From the IMG/VR virus record IMGVR_UViG_3300020577_012633, positions 1 through 64,000 of that record: 64,000 bases of DNA; one strand, 5' to 3'. Within the stretch, counting starts at the first letter, position 1. Every line of letters begins with the position of its first letter. Position numbers and translations under genes: made by a program. Below the pieces are notes generated by a model, which saw only the letters and a list, made by a program, of their open reading frames with translations, was not told where the DNA came from and ran no database searches. Below are positions 55,439 through 63,862 of this stretch, piece after piece. The DNA comes from a virus. Taxonomy: Duplodnaviria; Caudoviricetes.

Positions 55439-56419
55439 TTACACAAGACAATTAAAGAATCTACGAGCCTCAGATGCAAAGGGTTTTACATCATCAGGGA
55501 AGGGATTCATTACGTTAAGAAGTTCAATGCCAGCTTGAGCGTATCTTTTTACTCTTTCAGGCTTCCAGTCCCATATTGCATCAGCAAGATTGTCATATCT
55601 ATCAGCAAGTTTAACTCGCTTAGCAATGTCATTGTAGTGTTTCGCATGCTCAAGCATGGAAGCTGTTTTTACCTGAAAACTTGTTCCGTCAGGAACAATA
55701 TTTGTGAGCTGCATAACAGCTTCTAAAACATTTTTACCAGCAACTTTTTCTATTTCTTCAGGAGTGATTTTAGTATCTTCAATAAGGTCATGGCAATAAG
55801 CAGTAGCCAATACTTCCTCATCTTGTATGCCGCAATTTTTGAGACGATTAACGACAGAAATAGGATGGGTTATATAAGGCTTTCCATTACTACGAGATTG
55901 GCCTTCATGTCCTCTTGTAGCAAGAGCCTGAACTTTTTCCAGGTATGTCTGTGGAGCAATAACTACTGATTTATTTTCATCAACACTAAGAAGATTCATA
56001 ATATGATTTTTGATTTGCTCTGGTGTTATTCCAATATCTTTAAAAAGAATTGAAGTAAGACCGTATTCAATTCTTGCCATTCCGAGCAGGATATGCTCAG
56101 TACCAATGTAATTATGATTCAATTCTTTAGCTGATTCTAGAGCTTCTAGAATAACTTTTTTCGCATGAGGAGTTTGAGGCAGATTCCTACTAAATACCGT
56201 AGGCTCTCCTGCTGGAACTACAAGTTTTGCGATTCTTGATCGCAAATCTTCCAACTGTATTCCCATGTTCTTTAGAACGTGAGCGGCGACTCCTGAACCC
56301 TCCTTGAGAAGTCCAATCAATATATGTTCAGGAGCTAGATACTCAAATCCAAGATTTGAAGCTTCAGATTGTGAAAACGCCATGACTTTTCTTGCGCGAT
56401 CAGTAAATCTCTCGTACAT
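55439..56419 (-). CDS. Clp N-terminal repeat domain fused to a RelA/SpoT-type (Mesh1-like) HD hydrolase
   Basis: MYERFTDRARKVM, EHILIGL and YIGTEHILLG; then HEGQSR..GKPYITHP, HDLIEDT and VKLADRYDN. Confidence 0.85.
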   Translation of the reverse strand: MYERFTDRARKVMAFSQSEASNLGFEYLAPEHILIGLLKEGSGVAAHVLKNMGIQLEDLRSRIAKLVVPAGEPTVFSRNLPQTPHAKKVILEALESAKELNHNYIGTEHILLGMARIEYGLTSILFKDIGITPEQIKNHIMNLLSVDENKSVVIAPQTYLEKVQALATRGHEGQSRSNGKPYITHPISVVNRLKNCGIQDEEVLATAYCHDLIEDTKITPEEIEKVAGKNVLEAVMQLTNIVPDGTSFQVKTASMLEHAKHYNDIAKRVKLADRYDNLADAIWDWKPERVKRYAQAGIELLNVMNPFPDDVKPFASEARRFFNCLV

Positions 56420-56460
56420 GATTCACTATTCCTTTATACAGATAAAATCTTGCAAAAAGT

Positions 56461-56925
56461 CTAGAGGCGAGTTTTGAGCCAATCTTTTATTTGGATATTT
56501 AAAGATTCCAGACTTTCAACAACCTGTATCTCAGGATTTCTCAATCTCAATTGTATGCGAACATCTCTTATTCTTGCATAAGCAGGATCACAACCAACAA
56601 AGATTTTTTGGTTAGGGTTTTTATGACAAACAGTACCTAACTCAAATAGAGTAATAGGGCAAAAAGTTTGCGGGGTAAACCAAAAAGAAATAGCATCTGC
56701 CTTTATCAGATGAAAATGTTCCCAGGTTATCTGTTCTTCTTCCATTTCTTTATTGGAAGAATCAAAGTCATTTCTTCTTGGATTAAAAATGACAAGATCT
56801 TCTCCAGAAAGCATTTTCACAAGATTTTCTTGCCAATCTGGAGTGGAAGATATGCCTCCCGCCATAAAAAGGGTTGGAAGTTTGTTGTAATTGTAATATC
56901 TTGCTGGAGCTTTTATTTGAAACAT
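56461..56925 (-). CDS. nucleoside 2-deoxyribosyltransferase-like protein
   Basis: FMAGGI...WQ, FNPRR, QITWE and PITLFELG. Confidence 0.8.
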   Translation of the reverse strand: MFQIKAPARYYNYNKLPTLFMAGGISSTPDWQENLVKMLSGEDLVIFNPRRNDFDSSNKEMEEEQITWEHFHLIKADAISFWFTPQTFCPITLFELGTVCHKNPNQKIFVGCDPAYARIRDVRIQLRLRNPEIQVVESLESLNIQIKDWLKTRL

Positions 56926-56929
56926 TTGA

Positions 56930-57841
56930 TTATGCTTTTAGCAAAGACTGTACGATATCGCTGATTGTTTCCTGTCTTATCTGGTTGATAAAAGTTTTAT
57001 TGCTACGATTCTTTTTGGAAGCAGCTACTTCAACAAATGCCGAAGGTACAGAAATTGTTTTCTGCTTAGACAAAACTATGGCTTCATCAAGAATGCCTGC
57101 CCATTCCAATCTTTCTTGGGCTTCTTGACTAATGTTTTTAGCAGTATCTGCAACTACAGCAACACTATCTGTAACATTAGTTGTTATTGAATTGATTCTG
57201 TCTTTTACAGAAGAAGGCAAAGAATCAACAGCATCTTTAATGGAGACTGGAATAGCTTGAGCAACTTGATTTACAGTATCAACAGCTATGTCTTTGAGAG
57301 ACTTTTTTGTTCTGCTTGTGTTTTTGCAACCGCAATTAGTTGGACCGCAAGCAGTATTAGTCTTTGCTGTATCAGTTTTGGCAAACTCATCAAGTGAAGC
57401 TTTGACTCTGCTGTAATTTATGCCAAAATATGAGAGGTACATTCCTGCACCAGTATGGGGAGATCTCAGCATTGCCAAAACAATATGATCAACATCAATT
57501 ACTGTCTTATTGGAATGCTTTCTTTCAATCTCTGCATCTTCAATAAGCTTATTCAGTTCTTGTGAAAATTGTACAATCCCAGTGAATGCACTTGTTGAAG
57601 GAAGAGAGGTTACAGACCTGCTCAATGCGTTCTGTAGATCGGCCAAGTTAGTATGTTTTGAACACGCAGAATGTATTGCCTGAATTAGAGGATTAGAACC
57701 GGCTACACAAAAAATGACATAAAGCAAGTGCTGAGGATATACATTTGGAGACGAATCATGTTGAGCCTTTGTATTTGCTATGTCAATAATAGTCTTGAGA
57801 AGAGGGGAAAATTGAGTTGTTTTATCAGTTTTGACAGACAT
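56930..57841 (-). CDS. second, divergent Clp N-domain protein without ATPase
   Basis: two repeats (VYPQHLL; IDVDHIVLAML). Confidence 0.7.
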   Translation of the reverse strand: MSVKTDKTTQFSPLLKTIIDIANTKAQHDSSPNVYPQHLLYVIFCVAGSNPLIQAIHSACSKHTNLADLQNALSRSVTSLPSTSAFTGIVQFSQELNKLIEDAEIERKHSNKTVIDVDHIVLAMLRSPHTGAGMYLSYFGINYSRVKASLDEFAKTDTAKTNTACGPTNCGCKNTSRTKKSLKDIAVDTVNQVAQAIPVSIKDAVDSLPSSVKDRINSITTNVTDSVAVVADTAKNISQEAQERLEWAGILDEAIVLSKQKTISVPSAFVEVAASKKNRSNKTFINQIRQETISDIVQSLLKA

Positions 57842-57854
57842 TTTTTACCTTTCT

Positions 57855-58304
57855 TTACCAGTCAGCTTGGCTGTGAGTTCCGAAATCTATGGCAACAAGT
57901 TTATTCTTCAAAATACCACAATTTGGAGCGGCGAAATCTCCGCCAAGCCCTATTTTACGAAGTTTTTTCTGAAGACCTGATTGTTGTCTTTTGAATATTA
58001 GGTCGTTATCTTTTACGCTAATTGCCTTTTCTGTTTCATATCCATAGCAAGGCTGATTATTATTAGTCGGTTCTTTTACGCAAACAAATTTACCTACTTG
58101 AGGTCCAAGCCCATGCTGAGCAGCCAATCTTTGTCTTTCATAGCTTTTATAAGCGATTGAGAAAGATTTATATAGTTTGAGGCCATATTTCCTGTTACCT
58201 AGTTTATAGAAATAAGCTTCTGCTCCGCTATCAGAATGAATACCAGAAATTTCTATAAGAGATATTTCTAAATCAGATAGTTTTTTGATCTTTTGAAGTG
58301 GCAT
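57855..58304 (-). CDS. minimal protein-kinase-like protein
   Basis: GAEA, GLKLY, GLGP, DFAAPNCG and VAIDFG. Confidence 0.65.
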   Translation of the reverse strand: MPLQKIKKLSDLEISLIEISGIHSDSGAEAYFYKLGNRKYGLKLYKSFSIAYKSYERQRLAAQHGLGPQVGKFVCVKEPTNNNQPCYGYETEKAISVKDNDLIFKRQQSGLQKKLRKIGLGGDFAAPNCGILKNKLVAIDFGTHSQADW

Positions 58305-58359
58305 ATTTTCCTCGTTTATTTTTGGATCACGAGGAAATCGGAAAAGTTCAAACCACTTT

Positions 58360-58857
58360 TTATTCTATCACGCTATTTTGGTTTTCCGATCTAATCTCTT
58401 CTCTGATATCCATCCACGCTTTTCCTAACAGATTTTTACCACTTCCATCAGCGCCAATACCCCATATATAATCATACGGAGTGTCTTCTGCTATTATCTC
58501 ATCACCTGTAGAAAGCAATTCAAATTTTATATCATTATGCTGGTCAACTTTGTATCTAAGCGCATCTTTCATTATTTCATATTTTACGCTTTCCCAATCA
58601 GCTCTTATGGTAGGCATTTTAATTTCTGTGCCATTTTCTATGTAGGGCTTGTCATTAGATGCTATGTCTTTAGCTTCTCTGGGAGTTTTAAGCAAACGAA
58701 TTATTTCCTGAAATTTTGGGTCTTCAAATTTCTTTGATTGATAGTAATGCTCAGTAGTTGAATACATTTTACCATCAACAAGAATTGAATGTTTTGAGAA
58801 ATTGCTAAAACAACCGTATTTTTCTCTTGTTTTCCAGAATTTTATCATGTTAATCAA
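58360..58857 (-). CDS. NADAR (YbiA-like) ADP-ribose/N-glycosidase family protein
   Basis: FSNF, EHYYQSKKF, DWE, WG.G..G.GKNLLG. Confidence 0.9.
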   Translation of the reverse strand: MINMIKFWKTREKYGCFSNFSKHSILVDGKMYSTTEHYYQSKKFEDPKFQEIIRLLKTPREAKDIASNDKPYIENGTEIKMPTIRADWESVKYEIMKDALRYKVDQHNDIKFELLSTGDEIIAEDTPYDYIWGIGADGSGKNLLGKAWMDIREEIRSENQNSVIE

Positions 58858-59045
58858 TCGTCTTTATTTGAACTGTTTTTTATATTTTCACGAAGAATCA
58901 TTTGAGATTCTCCATAGTTTAGAATTTGGAGTTCTCCCAATTCATCCTCTACAACAGCATTGCAATTAGAAAGATCAGTCCAGCATCCGCAATTTACATA
59001 GTGCTTATTGTGAAGCATTTTCATTAGCAATTAATATTTTTCATT

Positions 59046-59432
59046 TTATCGTCTACGCATAAAAAATACTGAAATCCATAATAATAAAATTATTCCTGGA
59101 CATGGTATAAATATTGGTGGAGGATTCAAAACAATGCTACTTGGAGTTAAAATAAAAGCATTATCATGTATTACAGGAATAAAGCCTTGAAAATGGATAT
59201 TATCAAAATCCGAAGGATTCATGGCTTCATAAACTCTAATCGTGCCTTTCGAAGAATGTATGAACCAATCTTGATTGAAAACCTGCAAAACGATACAATT
59301 ATAATTAGGCGTTGATAAAAGATCATTACCAGAAAGCTGAGTAATCTGAGAAATCGGAATTTTCGTCAAATTTGTCTGCCAGTTCTGCAAGAACAACGGC
59401 GTGACATCCTTTGGGTAAGCAAAAACAACCAA
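59046..59432 (-). CDS. protein with PEP-CTERM-like C-terminal sorting signal
   Basis: ends IPCPG-IILLLWISVFF-MRRR; true start uncertain. Confidence 0.5.
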   Translation of the reverse strand: MVVFAYPKDVTPLFLQNWQTNLTKIPISQITQLSGNDLLSTPNYNCIVLQVFNQDWFIHSSKGTIRVYEAMNPSDFDNIHFQGFIPVIHDNAFILTPSSIVLNPPPIFIPCPGIILLLWISVFFMRRR

Positions 59433-59643
59433 GTCTTTTTCCTTTTATTTCATGAAGATCTGCTATTAAATTTGGCTGGGCTAATATCCAAAAAGAATAT
59501 AGTCTAATCGCTTCGTCTCTTGACTCAACTATAAACTTAGCTTTGCTTTTAGGATCATGACTGTATGGATTTCCCCACTTCGATCCTCTGCCAACATCAA
59601 TATCAAAAGGTTCTTTATACCGATTTACAGCTATTGTTAGCAT
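59326..59643 (-). CDS. DUF4326 family protein
   Basis: VGRGSKWGNPY...LGCFCLPKGCHA. Confidence 0.85.
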   Translation of the reverse strand: MLTIAVNRYKEPFDIDVGRGSKWGNPYSHDPKSKAKFIVESRDEAIRLYSFWILAQPNLIADLHEIKGKRLGCFCLPKGCHAVVLAELADKFDENSDFSDYSAFW

Positions 59644-60256
59644 TTTCGTCAGCCCATTCAGATTCTTCTGTCTTATGTTCTGGTCTATGATGATCAAAAG
59701 GTTTCCATAAAGAACCTTCTTTGGCCCATTTAATTCTTGGATCTTCCCATTTCTTTTTAGACATGATATTTTTAACTTCATCAATATTTATTGGAGAATA
59801 ATTATGGCAATCAACTCCTACATCAAATGCTTGAGCAGATTCATCATCAGGTAATCCTCCGTGACTATGACCATAAAGATGCCAAGATCCATAATGGGAT
59901 TTATTCCAAACTTTCAAAGCATAATGACAAAGAACAATATCTTTGTGTTGACCATCAATTTCTGTCTTCAATGTCAACATATCATAAACACCAGAGAACA
60001 AGGGGCTATTGTATCTTATTCTGTCATGATTTCCTAAAATGAGTACAATAGTTTTACAATTGATAGCATTTCTAAAATACTCTACTCTATTTTTAGCAAA
60101 ATCTCCCAAATGAAATAATCTATCATTGGGGTTGACTTTTGAATTAATATTTTCTATAAGCTTTTCATTCATTTCATCTACAGAGACAAATGGTCTCTTT
60201 GAATATTTAATAATATTTGCGTGATCAAAATGAGTGTCTGAAATAAACCAGTCCAT
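59615..60256 (-). CDS. calcineurin-like metallophosphoesterase
   Basis: SDTHF, LGDF, GNHD, LCHY, GHSH and DVGVD. Confidence 0.9.
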   Translation of the reverse strand: MDWFISDTHFDHANIIKYSKRPFVSVDEMNEKLIENINSKVNPNDRLFHLGDFAKNRVEYFRNAINCKTIVLILGNHDRIRYNSPLFSGVYDMLTLKTEIDGQHKDIVLCHYALKVWNKSHYGSWHLYGHSHGGLPDDESAQAFDVGVDCHNYSPINIDEVKNIMSKKKWEDPRIKWAKEGSLWKPFDHHRPEHKTEESEWADENANNSCKSV

Positions 60257-60375
60257 AAACAAAATCCTTTCATTGGCGAGTTTCATCTTCTGCCTCGCCT
60301 TTTTACATTGTTATTGAGTTATTATCGGCAACGTGGTTGCAAAAGAACAAATAAACACAAGCCGATATTTGTGTC

Positions 60376-61092
60376 ATGGAAACAATTATACCAAAAATAT
60401 TTCACCAAATATGGCTCAATGGGAAACTTCCTGAAGAACATTGTTGTTTTAGAGATCATATGTTAGAACTGCATCCTGGATGGGAATATAAACTTTGGAC
60501 AAAAAGAAATATGCCCAAACTCATAAATCAAGATATTTTTGACAAATGGCCTGAAATGTGTTTCAAAGCTGATGTACTTAGATATGAAATATTGTACAAA
60601 TTTGGAGGGATTTACATAGATACTGATTTTTTGTTCTACAAAAATATAGAAGAATGTATGCAAAAGGAATATCTTATAGTCAATGAATTTGATGAACCGT
60701 ATTTTCATGCGGGTTGTTATCATATGACGAATAATTGTCTTATAGGAGCTGTTCCAAAAAGCGCATTAATGCAATATGTTGTATACAAACTAAGAGAAAG
60801 TATGCAAAGATATGAGGAATTAAAGAACAAATATAATCATTTTGATGCAGGTCTTTCAACTGTTGGTCCATATTTTTTTGACAAATGCGTAGAAGAGATT
60901 ATTGGAAGAAGTTTCTCTTACGATACAAAATATTTCTGTCCATTTAGACCTCATGATTTGCCTCATAAACAATATGAAAATTTTCCTGATGCATACGCAA
61001 TTCATTTATGGAATAATAACTGGAGAACCTATGGTGGAGCTGAAGTTTATAAAACTCTTCCATGTTACAAAAGAAAACATGGAATAAAATGA
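60376..61092 (+). CDS. glycosyltransferase family 32 (DXD)
   Basis: IPKIFHQIW, ADVLRYEIL, GGIYIDTD and GP. Confidence 0.9.
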   Translation: METIIPKIFHQIWLNGKLPEEHCCFRDHMLELHPGWEYKLWTKRNMPKLINQDIFDKWPEMCFKADVLRYEILYKFGGIYIDTDFLFYKNIEECMQKEYLIVNEFDEPYFHAGCYHMTNNCLIGAVPKSALMQYVVYKLRESMQRYEELKNKYNHFDAGLSTVGPYFFDKCVEEIIGRSFSYDTKYFCPFRPHDLPHKQYENFPDAYAIHLWNNNWRTYGGAEVYKTLPCYKRKHGIK

Positions 61093-61766
61093 TACCAAAA
61101 ATATTCCATCAGATATGGTTTGAAGGTAAAATTCCAGAACCGTTTTTTTACTTTTCTGAACATTTAAAACAACTTCATCCTGGATGGGAATATAAGTTTT
61201 GGAATATAAATAATATGCCAGAACTTATTAATCAAGAAGCATTTGAATTTTACAACAATGTAATATTCAAATCTGATATTCTTAGATATGAAATGCTTCA
61301 TAAATTTGGAGGAATATATGTCGATTTTGATTTCCTGTTTTATAAAAATATAGAACCGTTAATAACAGATGATTATTTTTTAGTTTTTGATGTTGACAAC
61401 TTGCATATAAATAACTGCATTATGGGATTCTCAAAAGAAAATGAAATAATAAAATCAGTAATTGATGAAATACCAAAATCACTCGCAATTGCTAAACAAA
61501 TAAAAAACGGAAGAGACAATTTACAAGTTGGATTAAATGCAGTTGGTCCAAGATTCTTACAAAGAACTATTTCAAAGTTTGATAAAATCAAATTTATTGA
61601 CAGAAAATTCACTCATCCATTCGGAACAGAAGAGGTAATAGAAAAACAATTAAATGAGTTTCCAGACTCTTACGGAGCGCATTTTTGGAGTTCTCATAAT
61701 GGAACATATTTTATAGAAGCTCATAAAAAGCTTCCATGCTACATCATGCGTGAGAATGTTCACTAA
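61089..61766 (+). CDS. glycosyltransferase family 32 (DXD), tandem paralogue
   Basis: IPKIFHQIW, SDILRYE and GGIYVDFD; ATGA overlap with the first copy. Confidence 0.9.
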   Translation: MIPKIFHQIWFEGKIPEPFFYFSEHLKQLHPGWEYKFWNINNMPELINQEAFEFYNNVIFKSDILRYEMLHKFGGIYVDFDFLFYKNIEPLITDDYFLVFDVDNLHINNCIMGFSKENEIIKSVIDEIPKSLAIAKQIKNGRDNLQVGLNAVGPRFLQRTISKFDKIKFIDRKFTHPFGTEEVIEKQLNEFPDSYGAHFWSSHNGTYFIEAHKKLPCYIMRENVH

Positions 61767-63012
61767 GAGATACAGGTCCACCAGTTTTATCATCGAGATC
61801 AAAATTGGCGTCTATGAAATTTATTACCTCTTGAGGATCAATGCCTTTGTTAAAGACAATATTTGGTCCATGATTGTCAAGATATACTGCATATAGATTG
61901 CCAAACTTAGCAAGCCCATTTGAAGTATTTTGACCGCACTGGTGAGAGCCACATTCGTATTCTCTTTGAGAAACAGTAGGAACAAGATCTCTTGGGTTTT
62001 GTTTCAACGGACAATGAAAATGTACAATACAATCGCAATCTGGATGTTCTGCAAAAACAATACGTTGAGATTGTCCGCCTACGGAAGGTTTAGCGCCATA
62101 AGCAATAACTCTATCCGGCCCATCAGTCTCAATCTTTACAAGACCATTCTTTTCAATATCATTGAAGTTTGTTTTGCGAATAGAAGTCAAGAAAGTTGTT
62201 GGACCAATTTTTGCAGCAAAATGGCCGACAGTCGCCCCACTAGGACCAACCTTATATGCTCCATTTGCAACACAATAGTCTACAACCGTTCTAAGAACCT
62301 CAGGAACAAGATCTGACTTCCAAGGAATAGGATCGCCAGCTATGACAGTAGAACGAGTAAAAGTAAGATGAGAACGAAGTTTAGTCATTTCAACAAGACC
62401 GCGAAGAGCTGCATCTCTGTCAAAGGTAACGTGATATCTTGCTTCTTCTGGCGTGATGACCATATTCAATCGCGTCTTTACGTCATTTGCAAGGACAAGG
62501 TTACAAGAAGCTTTCTTGCAAAGATCAAGACCTGCAATATATTGTTCATCTTCTGTTGCGTTACAGGTAGTCTTAAATCCAACAAGGAAAATATCCTTGC
62601 GACTATATTTTTCTGCGCGGAAAAATTTAATCACTTTCTTTTTCATGGATAGATCAATTTTATAACCATTCAAATTCCTTGAATTTAATCTGGTTTCATA
62701 TTTACCAGGAGAATTTTCTCCAACCTTTCCTTCATAATCACACATAGCGCAAGAAAAGAAAACAATCTTGACGTTCAAATCAGAGACTATATCCTTTACC
62801 CATGCTTCAACATCTTCATTTGTTTCCATAGCAGAGCCAGGATCTGCCATTTTAGTTAGGCACATTGAGGTAGTCATGCTAGGAATCAATTCTTCGCAAA
62901 GAGATTGAAGCTTTCGTGCTGTTTTACCATAAGCAGGAGCGCACAAAGCTAAATGAGCAGTGACATGAGAAACAGTTCCGCCGCCAAAGATAGCGATTTT
63001 CTTGGGGTTCAT
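61744..63012 (-). CDS. CoaB/DFP-like domain fused to a class II aldolase-like domain
   Basis: GGGT, AMCDY, LVGFK and LVLAND; then GHFA, PS, HFHC and HG. Confidence 0.65.
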   Translation of the reverse strand: MNPKKIAIFGGGTVSHVTAHLALCAPAYGKTARKLQSLCEELIPSMTTSMCLTKMADPGSAMETNEDVEAWVKDIVSDLNVKIVFFSCAMCDYEGKVGENSPGKYETRLNSRNLNGYKIDLSMKKKVIKFFRAEKYSRKDIFLVGFKTTCNATEDEQYIAGLDLCKKASCNLVLANDVKTRLNMVITPEEARYHVTFDRDAALRGLVEMTKLRSHLTFTRSTVIAGDPIPWKSDLVPEVLRTVVDYCVANGAYKVGPSGATVGHFAAKIGPTTFLTSIRKTNFNDIEKNGLVKIETDGPDRVIAYGAKPSVGGQSQRIVFAEHPDCDCIVHFHCPLKQNPRDLVPTVSQREYECGSHQCGQNTSNGLAKFGNLYAVYLDNHGPNIVFNKGIDPQEVINFIDANFDLDDKTGGPVSLSEHSHA

Positions 63013-63016
63013 TATT

Positions 63017-63862
63017 TTAACTCCAATAAGTGTAAATGCAGGGACGCAATTCGTTTACGGTTTTTGCCCAATCTTTGAATAATCCAACGTAATAAGTCCA
63101 CAGAATGACAGATGCATGAATTTCAGGTCGATATGTTTCATTCATTTTAATAATATCAGCATTAGAAAGAGATGGTCTTATTTTTTCGCTGAAACGTCCT
63201 GTAAGAATATTATATGTTCCGCCATTTATTCGATCAGGAAAAAATTCAAGATTATTTTCCATTAAAAAAGGAAGATCATGTACTAGATTTTCTTTAACAA
63301 TTCTGATTTTATCTTTGTACGGAATTCTTATCATCATTCCATAAGGGTATATACCACAGAGACCAGTCCTTTGATCAAGCCATTGAATCTTTACATCTAC
63401 TGAACCACCAGCTTCATAGTAATCAATCATATCATCGCTGCGATAAAATGATTTTTGTTCTGGAGGTATAATACCAAAAACGTTTGGAAATCCGAACTCT
63501 CCGCAGTAAGCAAATCCTAGATGGAAAATGCTTTCTATTTTAGACTTCTTTTCATTTTCAGGTAAAGCCATGAAATCTTTGGCATATTGATAAATACCCC
63601 AATTTATGCCAGAAATATCTCCTTCCGAAGGACCATTTGCTTGCGCAAGTATTTCTTTGTGTTCTGAAAGCTTAGACTCGTCTAATATCCATTGAAGAAA
63701 TGGAATAAACATCCTACGAGGACGCTCATAATCTTCATCATCATATTCCTCTTTTATTCCAAGCATCCATTCCTGGAATCTTGAATCTGCTAGTCTTGTT
63801 TTTTTGTTTGTTACAACGTTATCAAGAGCATAGCAAAGGTGTTTTTTAATCCTCATTCCCAT
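63017..63862 (-). CDS. hypothetical protein
   Basis: 281 aa; RSDDMIDYY and RPCIYTYWS. Confidence 0.6.
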   Translation of the reverse strand: MGMRIKKHLCYALDNVVTNKKTRLADSRFQEWMLGIKEEYDDEDYERPRRMFIPFLQWILDESKLSEHKEILAQANGPSEGDISGINWGIYQYAKDFMALPENEKKSKIESIFHLGFAYCGEFGFPNVFGIIPPEQKSFYRSDDMIDYYEAGGSVDVKIQWLDQRTGLCGIYPYGMMIRIPYKDKIRIVKENLVHDLPFLMENNLEFFPDRINGGTYNILTGRFSEKIRPSLSNADIIKMNETYRPEIHASVILWTYYVGLFKDWAKTVNELRPCIYTYWS

